In this document: positions 24,757-37,341 of the stretch, in pieces
Layout: the number at the start of each line of letters is the position of its first letter
Position numbering within the stretch: the stretch's first letter is position 1
DNA from: Psammoneis japonica
Taxonomy: Eukaryota
Assembly: GCA_008632985.1 (NCBI GenBank)
Contig: QPGO01000090.1
Location: forward strand, 124,001-188,000
Length of the DNA: 64,000 nt
Direction: 5' to 3'
Program-made: the position numbers and the translations under genes
The notes under the pieces: generated by a model
Databases searched by the model: none
Told to the model about the DNA's origin: nothing
Seen by the model: the letters and a program-made list of their open reading frames with translations, nothing else

Positions 24757-25245
24757 ATGCCTCACTCGTACGGAACCCGGGCGCGTACGCGCCACATGTT
24801 TGCCAAGAAATTCCGGCAACATGGTCCCATCCACTTGAGTCAGTACCTCATGAGCGTCAAGGTGGGCGACTATGTCGACATCTTTGCCGATCCCTCGATC
24901 CACAAGGGCATGCCACACAAGGGATATCACGGACGCACGGGTATTGTCTTTAATGTTACCAAATCGGCTGTCGGTGTGCGTGTCAATAAGCTGGTCAATG
25001 GACGCATTATTGAAAAGCGCATCCACGTCCGTATCGAACACGTGCGCAAATCCAAGTGTCAAAAGGAAATTCTCGAGCGCAAAGTAGCCAACGAAGCTGC
25101 CAAGGAGGAAGCACGCAAGACGGGAACGAAAGTCAATCTCAAGAGGACACCCAAGCTTCCCAAGGCTGGATACTTTTTGGCCGCGGCTGGAGAGGATGGA
25201 GAAATTACTACCATTCAGCCTCTGCCGTTTAGTGATCTTGTGTAA
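24757..25245 (+). CDS. RPL21: 60S ribosomal protein L21 (eL21)
   Basis: [15 protein letters not shown]...VGDYVDI...[14 protein letters not shown]...[15 protein letters not shown]. Possible 5'UTR intron at 24533-24748. Confidence 0.97.
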   Translation: MPHSYGTRARTRHMFAKKFRQHGPIHLSQYLMSVKVGDYVDIFADPSIHKGMPHKGYHGRTGIVFNVTKSAVGVRVNKLVNGRIIEKRIHVRIEHVRKSKCQKEILERKVANEAAKEEARKTGTKVNLKRTPKLPKAGYFLAAAGEDGEITTIQPLPFSDLV

Positions 25246-26093
25246 ACAGTATATTATACTAATATGATAAACAAAACGAGACAGGTGCAATGAGATTTCT
25301 ATCTATGCTGTAATGCTTCAGTAGAGTTGCGTTTGGTTACTTTTTGCTTTGGTGGCTGTTCTGAAACTCTAGGTTTCGTGTTGGAGCGTCATTTTCATAC
25401 GGTACCGTTCATACTTGAGGATAAAGGTTAGGATAACGGTGTTCTGCCGTAAAAGTGTCGATTTGCAACCCTTCAGAAGATATGCAGTTTATGATAAGAC
25501 CGGCCTCCGTAGGTGCTGGGAGCATCGTGGAGGCAAAGAGCAGGAGATATCGTCGGCTGTGGGCTATGTATGTACTCTCTACTTCGTACTCGTAGATATT
25601 GTACAAGTACTGTAGCTCTGGCTTCCGGTAGCGCATAAAGCAGACAGATCCCAGACCATCTTGACCGTTCCAGTCTCTACCTATGAATCTTGGCGCAAGG
25701 AGTTTGCAAAGAGTTGGATACAATGGAGCGCACGGCTTTCCAATCCGGCCCATGAGGAGGTCTTGGTCGCGGAATTGTGGTCTTGGAAAGAATCGTGATA
25801 TCTGCTACACGTCGCCTCGACTCTCCTATGACACTTTCGTTCCGCGTTCACTAAATAAAAATTATAGCATATCTAAAAGTACAAGTCCTGGAAGAATTCC
25901 TTGATTCAACCATGATCGAATGTTCTATTGCCCTTATGCGACCATCGAGTTGAGAGTTATCCCGTGAGCAACAATCCCGCGCGCTTCGTCTCGCTTTCGC
26001 CTTTCCCACAACCGCGGCTCATTTTGTGCGCCTTTCGCAACTCTCACTTTTCTCGCATTCACATAACTCACACCCGAATCTTTACTCAATACA

Positions 26094-26492
26094 ATGAAGC
26101 TTCCAACAAAGGTCAAGACGCTACCGTCGAGGAGATCGTCATCGCCGTACTCTTCAAGCTCGTCATCCGACGAAAAAGAGAATGATGTCATTGTTCCGCA
26201 CCCTCACGATGTGCTCCTTACGGGCGGTCGTAATTCGGGTCGCATTGCTTACCACTACCGAACTCATCGAGGCAACGTTATGTACCATCTAATTGTTGAT
26301 TGCAACAGAGCCTTGTACCAAAAGTGCGGAGACAGACACAAGCCTCTCCTTTGCAAATCCATTGTCCTTGCGGTCGAGCATCAAAACCCGCCCGGACGCT
26401 TCTTGGAGCTCGACCGTGATTCACACAAGTGGTTGCCAGTCGGAATGGAACAAGCCATTGAAAAGACAAATGAACTCTTTCGAGACGACTAA
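26094..26492 (+). CDS. DUF6824-domain protein
   Basis: PHPHDVLL-GGR...HRGNVMY...KSIVLAV...PPGRFLE...W...AIEKT...FRD pattern of this diatom-expanded family. Confidence 0.85.
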   Translation: MKLPTKVKTLPSRRSSSPYSSSSSSDEKENDVIVPHPHDVLLTGGRNSGRIAYHYRTHRGNVMYHLIVDCNRALYQKCGDRHKPLLCKSIVLAVEHQNPPGRFLELDRDSHKWLPVGMEQAIEKTNELFRDD

Positions 26493-26759
26493 AGCAAATC
26501 AACGGGGAAGGGAGCTCTGACAAATGACACGTCGGGGTCAAGGGGATTTCATATGGGGAAAATCATACTTTGTGAAGATATCAATCGAAACGGAATACTG
26601 CGTCACTACTGCGGCTCCACTGGGGAAAAACAAGGTTGCTAGCGAAAACAGATAGAGAATGGGCCCTATGTAGTAATTGACAGCTTAGTAGAACACTGAG
26701 AAGCTGTCTTACGTACAGTATAATAAACGAAGCACATTTTTCGTACTGTACGATCATAA

Positions 26760-28945
26760 TTAATAACTACGCATAGCTTCGGAGCTACCGGAGCTGCTCT
26801 GTGTCTTGTCGATAGATTGGCTTAGACCTTGGGATTGGCTCAGAGCTTGATGGGAACAGAAGGCGTCGTACTGAGGCTGCGTTGCCGGGTAGTCATGGTC
26901 GTTCTCGTCATCGCTACCGCTCAAATCGATTACTACCTGTTCCTCGTGCGAGTTATTTGACTGGTGGTCGGCACCATCTTCGTCCTCGTATCCCTCATGA
27001 TCATGATGCATATCAGCGTTCGACTTTTCCGGCATTTCGAAAGTCACAGTATCGACAGATTCATCGTCGGTTTGCTGTGACAAGTGCTGATGCTCGCCAT
27101 GCTCTTCGACGCCAGCCCCTGCTTCTTGCTGATGCGCGACAAACCCAGCAGCCAACGGCTCGTCTTCGGCACCCTGCTTGTCTTCTTCCGGATACTCTTG
27201 TGAGGTTGATTCTCCGGGACTAGTTACAGCTTCGATATCAAAAAGTTCCGCCGCGGTTTCCTTGCCATCACGATCCAGAGTTTCTTTGGTATTCGCCTCG
27301 TAGATTTCTTCCTTGTTCGCAGCATCATCGTTCTTGTATCGACCTGTACCTTGCTCCTGTTGTGTTTCGAATCGCTGTTGGGTTTCTTGCTGCGTGGCAA
27401 AGTCACCATCTTCAGACATTGTGTCGTCTTGGTCTTGCATCGTACCACCGTCCCTGTGTGCATCTTGCGTTTCAGTCGTGGCGAATACTCTTGCTACTTT
27501 GGTCTTCAAGTCGTCGTTCTCGGGGCAATCACCTTGGTCTTCATCCTCGTCGTTGCATTGTTCGCTGCCCTCGCTTTGACCAATCCGTTGCCACACTTCC
27601 TTTACATTTGCCGGTAAGTTGTCCATGTCGTTGTCGTAAAGACGCTTGGTCCTTGGATTCACCCAACCCTCGGTAATCAATACGGCCATTTCTGGATTAA
27701 CCGTGACGGCTCCCAACATTTCCTCCAGTCGCTGCTGATTCGACACGAGCTCTGCATATGGCCCGTACTCCATAGCTCCAAATCCTTGCTGTGCAATGGG
27801 TCGCTCGCAAATATACACTTGCCTTGGACGGGATCAAAGACGATTGGGTGACGAAACATGGCAATAGCGGCCAAAAAATTGGACTCGTACTCGACCTTGT
27901 CCTCCGTAGTCAACTTTTTCTTGTCGTGCGTCAACTTATACAGCTCCGTCAAGACATGTTGCAAGGGTGGTATTCGTGGGGCGAGCTTTCGCTTCTTGAG
28001 ACGAGGGTTGCTGTCGTTTGACTCGTCACCGTGAAATGCCTTCTTGACAATGTTGCGAGCCGACACAATTCCAATTCCTCGCAAAGACTCACAATAGTCG
28101 CAGCCTGCGGCCACAAACATGGTGGCTAACATGGCATCGGAAAAGTCCATGAGAGAGCAGCCTCCAGCAGTGGAACCCAAGTCATGACGTTGTAACAAGA
28201 CACCGCTGCACGTTTGTTCTTGGAGTTTGTACAGGATATTGCTAGCACCGTGAGCAATCAAATCAGAATCGTCTGTAATAATCAAGTCGGTGTATCCGCA
28301 CTGTGATAAATACGCCAGTTGACCATCTGCTTCATACGGAGAAACCATAAAGGAGATTTGCTCCTGACGTAATGCCTTGATTAAGTCTTGTACAATCTCA
28401 CCGTGTAACGCAGGATCCTCGGCACCGGCCCGGCGTGCAGCCTTCATGCGTGCATCATTGTCCTCCTCGGCCAAGGCCTTGTCTCGCTTCTGCGCCGCTT
28501 CTTTACGACGTTCGCGTCGTAGACGACAGACACGTCGCTTGATGGGAGGTGATGCCCCATCCAAAACTACCATGACGTCGGCCTTGCACGATTTCTTCAA
28601 ATGAAGTACCTTGTTGAGAACAAAGAGTGCACACTGTGTCGTGTACTCGCGCTTGGCCATGGCAGTCTCAGGTTGTTCTGCTGCAGAACCTTCTCCTTCT
28701 TTTTGCTGCTGTTGTTCCATGAGCTTGGACCGTCCAAAGTTGGTTAGATGGTCTTCGTTCACAAGCATGCTGCCGTATCCGTGACAAGCTTTCGCAATCC
28801 AACCGCTAACATCAACCGCCATTCTCAATGGCCTTCTCTCGTGTTTGTTTCTCTTGTTTATCAGTATACCATTCTTGTACGTTGTCAAGTCCACCTTTCG
28901 ACCAGCAAAGGGCAAAAGACGGGGAAGAACGCCCGTGACACCCAT
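26760..28945 (-). CDS. EXO1: Exonuclease 1-like XPG/Rad2 nuclease with an acidic, TQ/SQ-rich tail; one frameshift near 27770
   Basis: MGVTGVLP, AVDVSGW, VVLDG, SPYEADGQLAYL, IITDDSDL and AGCDYCESLRGIG. Continues into the 26760-27818 ORF. Confidence 0.85.
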
Positions 28946-29166
28946 TGTCGGAATCGTCCTGCGTTCTTTTTTGGTGATGCTGAATGCGATCGAGCGAAAC
29001 CAAAAAACGTTCGAAAAAGCCCAACCGCCGAAATCTTTTCAAAAAAGCTAAATATTTCGAAAAGTCAAAGCCGCACGACGGACAGATCAGAAAGCAGTAA
29101 AAGCACGCACGCACGACCAAAGATAAAGATTTTGATTTTGAGGCCATCAGCAATCGATCACAAACC

Positions 29167-30052
29167 ATGAACCGCGGCAACCACGACGACAGTGATTGTT
29201 CTTACGAGCCAGAGTATGAGTGGGAAAGGGTAAGGATCGATCGGTATGAATTCCATGTTCAATCCCTGGTTCCTCCGCCCTTGGAGTACATGTCTATGCT
29301 GCATTCTCAAAGCAAAGAAATCAGTGGACGACGGGTGTGGTGCGGCTCGTATTTGCTGTCGATTGCACTTTGTCAAATGCACAAACACGACGAAACAATC
29401 TTTTGCGGTCAACGGTATGTATGGCTTTCTGATATATGATGAAACGTAGGGCCCTATGCCCTTTTCGATGTGCTTTGCAACGCGCTCACAGTATTCAAAT
29501 CTGCTCTTGCATAGAATCCTAGAATTGGGAACTGGTACCGGCTTGGCAGGAATGGTGATGTCAAAAATGAACCCCGCTTGTGTGGTACTCACAGATGGCG
29601 ATGAGCAGGCTATTGCTTTATTAAAACAAAATTTGCGGAATCCAAGAAACCAAATCGATCCCAATGTAGCCGTAGCAGCTCATCTTTGCTGGGGCAAAAA
29701 CGACAAGTCAAACGAGTATTTTTGTAAAACATGTCGAGTTGTGCTAGCCAACAAGAGCGTGAAATTTGATGTGATTTTGGCGGGTGATGTGCTGTACAAG
29801 GAAGAATTACCACAATTGTTTTTTGAGACTGTGCAATTGTACTTGGCCGATGGAGGAGTTTTGTGGCTGTGTCATGTCCCTCGTGCTGGTGTATCGCAAA
29901 ACGTTGTCATCGCATCAGCCAAGAAGGCTGGGTTCACAATAGAGCCATACAATAATGTGTATTTCAGGAAAGGTCTAAACGTTGACAATCAGTCTCCGCC
30001 ACAAGAGGATGTGAATCGAGCCGTCTTGTACAGAATCCGAAAGATATCATAA
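29167..30052 (+). CDS. Methyltransferase family 16 (METTL21-like) protein methyltransferase
   Basis: SGRRVWCGS, ILELGTGTGLAG, VLTDGD, LCWG and FDVILAGDVLY. Intron at 29415-29514 joins the exons in frame. Confidence 0.9.
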
Positions 30053-30172
30053 CACGAATCGAGCCACTCGGCAACGCAAAAATCCTAAATAGAATAGATC
30101 AACATAGTTACTACGGTAGTACAGTACACTCCATAAAATTGGTTGGTGCTGGATAAAATCTAGAGAAATGTT

Positions 30173-31647
30173 TTACTTTGACGGTATGCTGAGACCAAAT
30201 CTTTCAATATCGTGAACAACAAGAGGATCCGGTGGCAAATCGCCAAGAAGTCGTTGCAATCTGCGAATTTCCCTTCTTACCGACGTTGGTAGTGGTTCCT
30301 TGTCATTGTTATCGTCGTCGTGTGGCAGTCGCAACTTGAGCAAGTACGTAAGATGCCGTTTGGCTACTTTTTTGCGCTTACTCCGCAGGTGCAAGTCGCG
30401 CATGGACCGTTCATTCTCCAACATGCGAATCAATGCCTGCGTCCCAAAGGTTTTGTGGTCGTGTCGAGCCAATCGGTCCATAATGGCTGCTCCAGCCCAT
30501 GCATCACGTGCACTATAAAACAGCTGACCATCCGACAGTGGGACTCGGCTCCAATTACTCATGGCAAGCCTTTTCGACTTCTCCATGTTGACTCCCACAA
30601 TACTCTTTGTTAACCTTTTCAGACTCACAGGTTCTCCGTTTCGACTTCCAATTCCACTGACATCAAAACGCGACTTGATTTCCATGGGACGTACATGAGC
30701 GTAGAGCCCAATCATGTCGTTATCAATGCCTGCGCCTGCCTTGACAATGTTGGGATCCGACAGGACCGCTTCCAACACGTTTGCACACGACTTGCTGCGA
30801 TGGCCCGTCCTTTTCGCCAAGTGAATCACCAAGGCCGAGTGGGGTGTCGCAAATTGAACGGTTGCGGGCCCGTCAAAGGAGGCGTGCTTTTTGACCCACG
30901 GGCAATTTGGAACAGACTGAGAGAAACAAACGAGACAGACGTGAAGTTGTTAGAAATAAGAACATCATACAGCACCGTACTGGACGGAGGAGCGATTGGC
31001 AACGAGAGAAAGACAGTAAGAGAGCTCATTCTTGCACACATAGCACAAGGTTTCTGTGTTTTCGTTACACGTTTCAGGTCGGGGAGACTAAGCCCCTTTC
31101 AGTGTAGCTGGTTGTAAGTAATCATGGCTCTCTTCTGTTTCTCACTGATTGATTCCATGTGCTCATTTATACTCTCACAAAATGCAAGATTAGGATGATT
31201 TTCCTTCGACAGCTATTGAAACACCCTTTTCAGGATGTTACAAGGAGTCCGTGTCTGGTTAATGCAAATCATTGCACACTTCTTCTGACGGTTCTTGTAC
31301 ATCATACATCCACAACATACTAAACATACCTCTAAATCAAAGCCCAACACTCCGCCCTCCGAGGGAACATTATCGCTCAACCACCGCGACGCCACCCCTG
31401 GAGAATTCGTATATACAACGGGGAGTTCTGAAGTGAAAGCGGAAGAGTCATCAGTCGTTGTGGAATTGCTTGGTGCCATGGACATGCACAGAGGAGGAGC
31501 TGCTCCCTGAATGTTGAAAAAGGATCTTCTTCGCAAGTGACGGGCATTCCGCTTTGGATGCTCCCGATATGGCAATGTCATTGCTATGTCTGTCTTATAA
31601 GCATAAACAGAACTCAGAAGCGCCGACGAAACGGAAAGCAAGTGCAT
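30173..31647 (-). CDS. DnaQ-like 3'-5' exonuclease (WRN-exo/EXD2 type) with a probable N-terminal targeting peptide
   Basis: ExoI VLGFDLE, KAGAGIDND, SLKRL, SNWSRVPLSDGQLFYSARDAW. Intron at 31329-30917 joins in frame. Confidence 0.85.
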
Positions 31648-31917
31648 CCCGCGCCGTTTTCTCATGATTTGAACCTTAGATGTACAACGACGGGCTATTG
31701 TGAGCATAAGGTAGCGTCTTCAGTCAGAATTTCCACCTGTCTCTGCCTCTTTCATCTATCTACACACGAGAGGTGGAATTATATACAACTGAAGAAGTAG
31801 ATGTTGCGATTATTGTTGCCGAGATATGTACAGTAGGACGCCGCGTTGACGAGATGACCGATTATCATTGGCACATGTTTTTTGACACGCGGTGCCGACA
31901 CGGCGTTGAAGTTCTTA

Positions 31918-32235
31918 CTACGAATTGCTGAACAATTGCGCGATTCACGTGCCCGAAGGTCGAATATCGTTGCCCGAAGCAACATTCTCCCTTCGCGCAG
32001 ATGTCCATTCTACATAGCACATGGTATTGAAAATCTCATTGTAGTCGTATGAGTCGTCGAGGGAATTTCATCAAATGACCTCGTGGTACTGTGCTACGTG
32101 ATCTACACAAATCGGACATTCTCGAATGCTGGTACATTTTCTACGGTTTCTACGTGCGCGAAGCTCGAATTTCGTGCCCGAAGCAACAATCATCGTTCGG
32201 GCACGTGAATCGCGCAATTGTTCAGCAATTCGTAG
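31918..32235. mobile_element. MITE, 318 bp, Tc1/mariner-type
   Basis: Perfect inverted repeat TACTACGAATTGCTGAACAATTGCGCGATTCACGTGCCCGAA at 31916-31957 and 32196-32237, including the flanking TA. Internal direct repeat TGCCCGAAGCAACA. No ORF. Confidence 0.85.
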
Positions 32236-32666
32236 TATCAACAGAATCACGAGCCATCTGATGATGACGTGTCAAAGTTTTCAAAAAATGAAGGATCTGA
32301 GTTAGGCGTGTGAGCTTTCTAGCAACTTTGTGAAATAGCTTTATTCAAATTTAATTAAAAATAACGTAATAAACTCATATTGTATACGGATTTTAGGTTG
32401 TGACAAAATTTGAATTCGGATTTCAATTCTATTTCAATTAATTTTTATATGATCGCGAATAGCTTTGAACTAAATTTCTATGCGTTGAATTCATTTTGTA
32501 TTCTACAGACCCGTTTACATCACGCACATTTTATTTTTTAGCCGACTCAAACGCTCACAAAGTTTTGGGTCTGCAAGACACAAATAGTTCGCAAGATTCA
32601 CTCTTCGGCTTGTTCCTTTCACTTCTTCTCATTTTTCGAGTGAAGGAAAACGCCAATCGAGAAAAA

Positions 32667-33779
32667 ATGTTTGCGTTGAAGAATCGCCATGACAATCATG
32701 GCCCTTCTCTGTTGGCAGAGACGAGCCTTGCATCGCAAGTCTTGTCCCGAGGCCGAGCTCCCATGCTGATGCGCACAGTTTCGGACTCTCCTGATTCCAA
32801 GGCATCTATGAGAGAGTCCAATGAGGCTCATCTAAACTTGGAGCAGTGCCCGTCCATGACGAGCGAGTGCTCCAATAATACCGCGAGACATCAGTTCATG
32901 CCACCCGTCTATTCGCCCATGCAAGATGCAACAATGGCCTCTCCCAGGGAAAATACCGACAAGATTGACCTGCTGCTGTCTGTCGCAACTGGCAATATTA
33001 CCTCGCCGGTGAGTCCCTCGTCGGTTCATCCCGATTGCTTCATGCCCAATCTCGACGAGACGACGATTCCATCGCCTCCCTTCAAGCTAAAACCCAAGCC
33101 ACGGGCTTACGTGACGCTCGAGGCCAAGTCGAGCACGTCCTTTGTTCCAGTTGCAACCAAGCCTCCAAGACAATCTCACGAAGAAAAGTGGAACTCCATG
33201 TTTGCACGCTTGGAAGCCTTCAAGGCTCGCACGGGACATTGCCAAGTTCCCCGTGATTTCAAGGAAGACCGCAGGCTTTCCAAGTGGGTTGTCAATCAAC
33301 GCTGTCGCAAGTCAACCACATCCGCCGAACGTATCCAAAGGCTCGACAGCATCGGCTTTGCATGGAAAATCAAGCAGAGCAGCCCAAAACAGATTTGGGA
33401 AGAAAAATATCAACGCCTAGTCGAGTACAAGAAGCGACATGGCGATTGCATCGTGCCAAGCAAGTATCAAAACGATCCTTCTCTTGGCCGCTGGGTCCAT
33501 GCTCAGCGCTTTAACCGGAATCTCCTTCCCCGAGATCGTAGGGAGAAGCTTGATAAGATTGGTTTCGTGTGGAGTGTTAACCACGACACTTGGGACGTGA
33601 TGTTTCAGCGACTTGAAGAGTTCAAAGACAGGACCGGGCATTGCCACGTTCCAATGAACTTCGTTGAATTCCCCAAATTAAGAGGCTGGGTGGTGCAACA
33701 GAGAGCACGACGCGGCCTCCTTACCAAGAGCCGGAGGGACAGACTTGAGGCCCTTGGCTTTAACTGGAACTCTTGCTGA
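32667..33779 (+). CDS. Helicase-associated (HA) domain protein, three repeats
   Basis: Three W-x-x-M/K-F/Y-x-RL-x-x-F/YK-x-x-x-G-H/D-C-x-VP...L-x-x-WV-x-x-QR...L-x-x-IGF-x-W units. Confidence 0.9.
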   Translation: MFALKNRHDNHGPSLLAETSLASQVLSRGRAPMLMRTVSDSPDSKASMRESNEAHLNLEQCPSMTSECSNNTARHQFMPPVYSPMQDATMASPRENTDKIDLLLSVATGNITSPVSPSSVHPDCFMPNLDETTIPSPPFKLKPKPRAYVTLEAKSSTSFVPVATKPPRQSHEEKWNSMFARLEAFKARTGHCQVPRDFKEDRRLSKWVVNQRCRKSTTSAERIQRLDSIGFAWKIKQSSPKQIWEEKYQRLVEYKKRHGDCIVPSKYQNDPSLGRWVHAQRFNRNLLPRDRREKLDKIGFVWSVNHDTWDVMFQRLEEFKDRTGHCHVPMNFVEFPKLRGWVVQQRARRGLLTKSRRDRLEALGFNWNSC

Positions 33780-33819
33780 AAGAACAGTGCGGGGGAGTAG
33801 TCAGTGATTACAATACATA

Positions 33820-35266
33820 TTACGTAACTTCATGGATTCTATTATTTCTACTTGTACGCCAACCTAATCGTCTTGCAACGTTTTCGTACCCTCCAAATTG
33901 TTTCACTTCATGGTCAAGCGTAGCACCGATGGGCCCCGCGTCCAAAAGCTTTGCTCTAGTCGGCATGCAAATTGCCGGATTTTGCAGTGGTGCTCTCCTT
34001 CTCATTTCGCTCGAACGAATGAAGCAGAGCAATCGAATCCCGAAATCAAGATCAAAGGCACCCCAGTTCAAATCTTGGAACATAAACTCGCTATCAAAGA
34101 CATCGGGTTTACGTCCCCTGCTGTCATCTGCAAGTTCCATGCCCAGCCGGTTGGCTACAAACTTTTTCCCGCCAAACTGCTGCACCAGTCGATGCAACCG
34201 CTCGTGTCCCTTCGCCTTGACATTACTGACATTTGGAAAGGTCGTGTAAATTCCGTCGTGATGCAAGTCGAGAAACCGTTTGAGCTCCACAAAGAGTTCG
34301 AGTTGCCCCTCAAAGTAGTGCCATTCTCGGTAGGGTACCAACCCGGCAATTTTGCAAATTTTCCTGGCGCCACCGGAACGGGCAATGGCTAGCTTTAAAT
34401 CTCGACGACCACGCGTCTCCATTTCACTCGGTCGGGGCATCCAAACGGCGGGGCGAGACATGGTGTCTTGGCATTCGTCCAAATACTCATAGCTATGCAA
34501 ATCAAAAGAGAAAAAGTTCGCATGAGTAAAGTCGCTCCAGTATGAGCAGTTAAAACAACAGATTTCGATTGACTCACAGTTCTTCAATGACAAACTGCAA
34601 ATTGCGCCAATACCCGAAAGGCTTTCTTCCCTGTTGACGCGACCACATGATGGCAGCACTTCGCATAGTCCTATTTCCCGTTTTGGTGGGAACCACGAGC
34701 CGTTTCGATGGCGTGTATCTCTTGCTGTGTTTCTTTTGCTGGGGCGAGAGTGGTGGAAGATCCGCTGTCAAACCGTGTTTCTCGTAGGCTAGCAATTGTT
34801 TCAATTCGGGACTTGTCTTTACCGCGTCTCGCCACTTGCCCGGCATGATGGGAGCACCACCCAAGGCTTTGGATAGCTCTTGTCTTCCACCATGAGTTTT
34901 GATTGCCGCTCTCAAACCATGGCGCTGAAAGTGGTTCAGTAGGCTCTCGTTGGGTATCGGCGGAGGCGCCAAGTCGGGAATCATAACCTCCACGTCGGCC
35001 CAGAATTGCTGCAATTCGTGTCGTACGTTTGCAACGTTGGTCCAATAATAGGCGGGTCGTCGATTTTTTGGTTTGCGTCGTTTTTGCTGTTTTCTCGACA
35101 ATACCACAACTTGTGTCTCATCGTCGGCGGTGGACGACAGAGCACAAGGTGAATTTCTACAGCGGATCGCAGCAGGCGCCGTGACAAAGCTAGCGATAAC
35201 TGACAGATATCCTATCACAACAAAAGTTGTCAATAAAGTGAGATAAGTCCCTCTCAAACGCTTCAT
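33820..35266 (-). CDS. Probable plastid-targeted protein with repeated MP...L...R.DL..AI...GG...VA..LG helical units
   Basis: Signal peptide ending IAS-F (ASAF-like). Intron at 34577-34493 joins the two ORFs in frame. Four similar units. Confidence 0.7.
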
Positions 35267-35673
35267 ATTTTAACCATTGTCAGCCTTAGCTACGTAAGCT
35301 TAGAGCTCTACGTGCTCCGTCATGGTGAACAGTGCGGATGAGCGATGATGCGGGGAGGTGAATGGAATTAGGCGGGAAAACTGAAAGTGGCGCCGAAGAC
35401 GGCGAATCTGTATTGAGAGCTGAGTATATACATCCCAGTACGAATTCCACGTGAGACCTACGATGGAATTGGCGCCGCAATTTTTCATCCCGCAACGCTC
35501 GCGCCGCAGACGGCATGATAAAAAGAGTCACCATAACATGCATCGATTTATTGCACTCAGTGTCCTAAAACTCTAGCCGGCAACGCAGCGTAGCTTGATT
35601 GGTTCTCGAGAAATTCGCTAAAGTTCCGAGTCTCGCAATAATGCGGGATAGATAATAAGTCAGAAAGCAAACC

Positions 35674-37341
35674 ATGACGGAAGGCAGTACCCTCGTTGAG
35701 AATGAAGACAGCAGTCGTACCAACAACAATCAGAGTGCTGGAGCCACGTTTCCACCCCGTGATGCTATTCTTCCCAACATCCATGGCACGGAAATTGCCC
35801 ATAGCTTATTTGGTCCATCCGTAGGGTCTTGTTGGGGGAACTTTTCGTGTCAATACCATCGTCAGCAAGGACGACTCTACGCGGCCTCGAATGCGGTCTT
35901 GTTTTACAGTCAGTTGTTTGGCTTTGAGCGTAAAGTGTGTGTGTACTTTCAGGATATGGTACTGTTGGAAGCTTATCGATCCACGAGCATTCGAATCACG
36001 ACAGTAGACTCGGAACAGCACGTGTTTAAATCCTTTACCAATCGAAACCGCGTGGTTCAACTTTTGCACCAACTGCAACAGGGATCATCAGGACTAGTTG
36101 TGAGTGAAACGAGTGTTTTGAACGACACTTCGTTGATTAGTGATGCATCTGCAATCAATGGAGAGACTGAGAATATTGAAACAGAGTCACTGGAGCAGGA
36201 CGGTGATGGGGATGAAATGGAGGAACCACTAGAGGCACCTCCTCCCATACCGACTGCAGAAACCGAGTCAACTCCAGTCACGAGAAACAGTCTCGTTTCG
36301 TCCCTTCGCGGAAAAAAACTATCGTCACGATCAAAGTCGCTTTCCTGTTTGGACAATGAATCTGTGGTTGACGATGCCATTCCTAGCGTTCCGCCCACAG
36401 AATACGACAGCTCCTCTCTCGGCTCGGCTCCAGAAGTAGAAAAGCAACAACAACAAGGAACTACTGCATGGGACGAGATTGTCAAGACTAGTCAAGCTGA
36501 TTTCAAAGAGATTGCACTCGAACCACTCGAGGTGTCTTGTAGCTTGGAGGAGTTTTTCAATTTCTTCTTGGCAGACAATGCTCCCTATTCCACGCACAAA
36601 TATCAACAAGACGTCATTGGAGATTACGATCTGGAGGCATTTCCATGGACACAAGAGGGCGATGCATTGACGCGTACCGTAAGTTTTCGTCATCCCATTT
36701 CGGCCAAAACATTTGGATTTGGCCCTTCCTCTGTAAACACTTCGATTCGCCAGCGCTTGAGAAACTTTGGCTCGAGCGGAACATGCATTGAAACGTCAAG
36801 CAGCGTTGAAGGATCACCCGGTTCAGACTGCTTTACCGTGGAGGACCAATGGCTACTGACGCCACTGGGGCCGGGCAAAATTTCGCTGACGGTGCGGTAT
36901 GAAACTCGCTTTTCAAAACGAACCATGCTCAAGAGCATGATTCAAAAGTCGATTCGACAAGAAACGATTCAGTGGTACAAGGGATACGCCGATATGGTGA
37001 CCAAGTCGCTGCAATCCGAGGGACATGCCCGAAATGAACTTACAGCGGTTTCTGCAGCAACCGAAAAGTCTGTCCCAGAGGGGTTTCAGTGGAAACACGG
37101 ATGGCAGCTCTACTTGCTGGTGGGTCTGGCTGTTGTTGTCGTCCTGTTCATGGTTGTAGCATTGTTGGTGCTCGCCGTTCATGTTGTGCGGCTGCACGCA
37201 TTGCTGCGATCGCTACAAGATGAAATTCGTCAATTGCGTACTGAAAACACAGCTTCTGCCAATCAAATAGCAGAAGCTATCAAAGCTCTAACACAGAACC
37301 CAGCAAACGAGTGTAAATCAACAGAGCTGCTGCAGGAATAA
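35674..37341 (+). CDS. GRAM + VASt (StART-like) membrane-anchored lipid/sterol transfer protein (GRAMD1/LAM/VAD1 family)
   Basis: GRAM FSC...QGRLYAASNAVLFYSQLFG...FKSFTNR. VASt ...PGSDCFTVEDQW...FSKRTMLKSMIQK. C-terminal TM helix and coiled coil. Confidence 0.9.
   Translation: MTEGSTLVENEDSSRTNNNQSAGATFPPRDAILPNIHGTEIAHSLFGPSVGSCWGNFSCQYHRQQGRLYAASNAVLFYSQLFGFERKVCVYFQDMVLLEAYRSTSIRITTVDSEQHVFKSFTNRNRVVQLLHQLQQGSSGLVVSETSVLNDTSLISDASAINGETENIETESLEQDGDGDEMEEPLEAPPPIPTAETESTPVTRNSLVSSLRGKKLSSRSKSLSCLDNESVVDDAIPSVPPTEYDSSSLGSAPEVEKQQQQGTTAWDEIVKTSQADFKEIALEPLEVSCSLEEFFNFFLADNAPYSTHKYQQDVIGDYDLEAFPWTQEGDALTRTVSFRHPISAKTFGFGPSSVNTSIRQRLRNFGSSGTCIETSSSVEGSPGSDCFTVEDQWLLTPLGPGKISLTVRYETRFSKRTMLKSMIQKSIRQETIQWYKGYADMVTKSLQSEGHARNELTAVSAATEKSVPEGFQWKHGWQLYLLVGLAVVVVLFMVVALLVLAVHVVRLHALLRSLQDEIRQLRTENTASANQIAEAIKALTQNPANECKSTELLQE

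Noticed and set aside
30917..31329. snoRNA in the unusually long 413-bp intron (also considered for the RPL21 5' intron)
   Set aside because: No convincing box C/D or H/ACA arrangement visible by eye.
26760..31647. EXO1, methyltransferase and 3'-5' exonuclease as an operon-like machinery for the hypermutation
   Set aside because: These are ordinary eukaryotic genes in mixed orientation. Adjacency alone is not evidence of a shared function.
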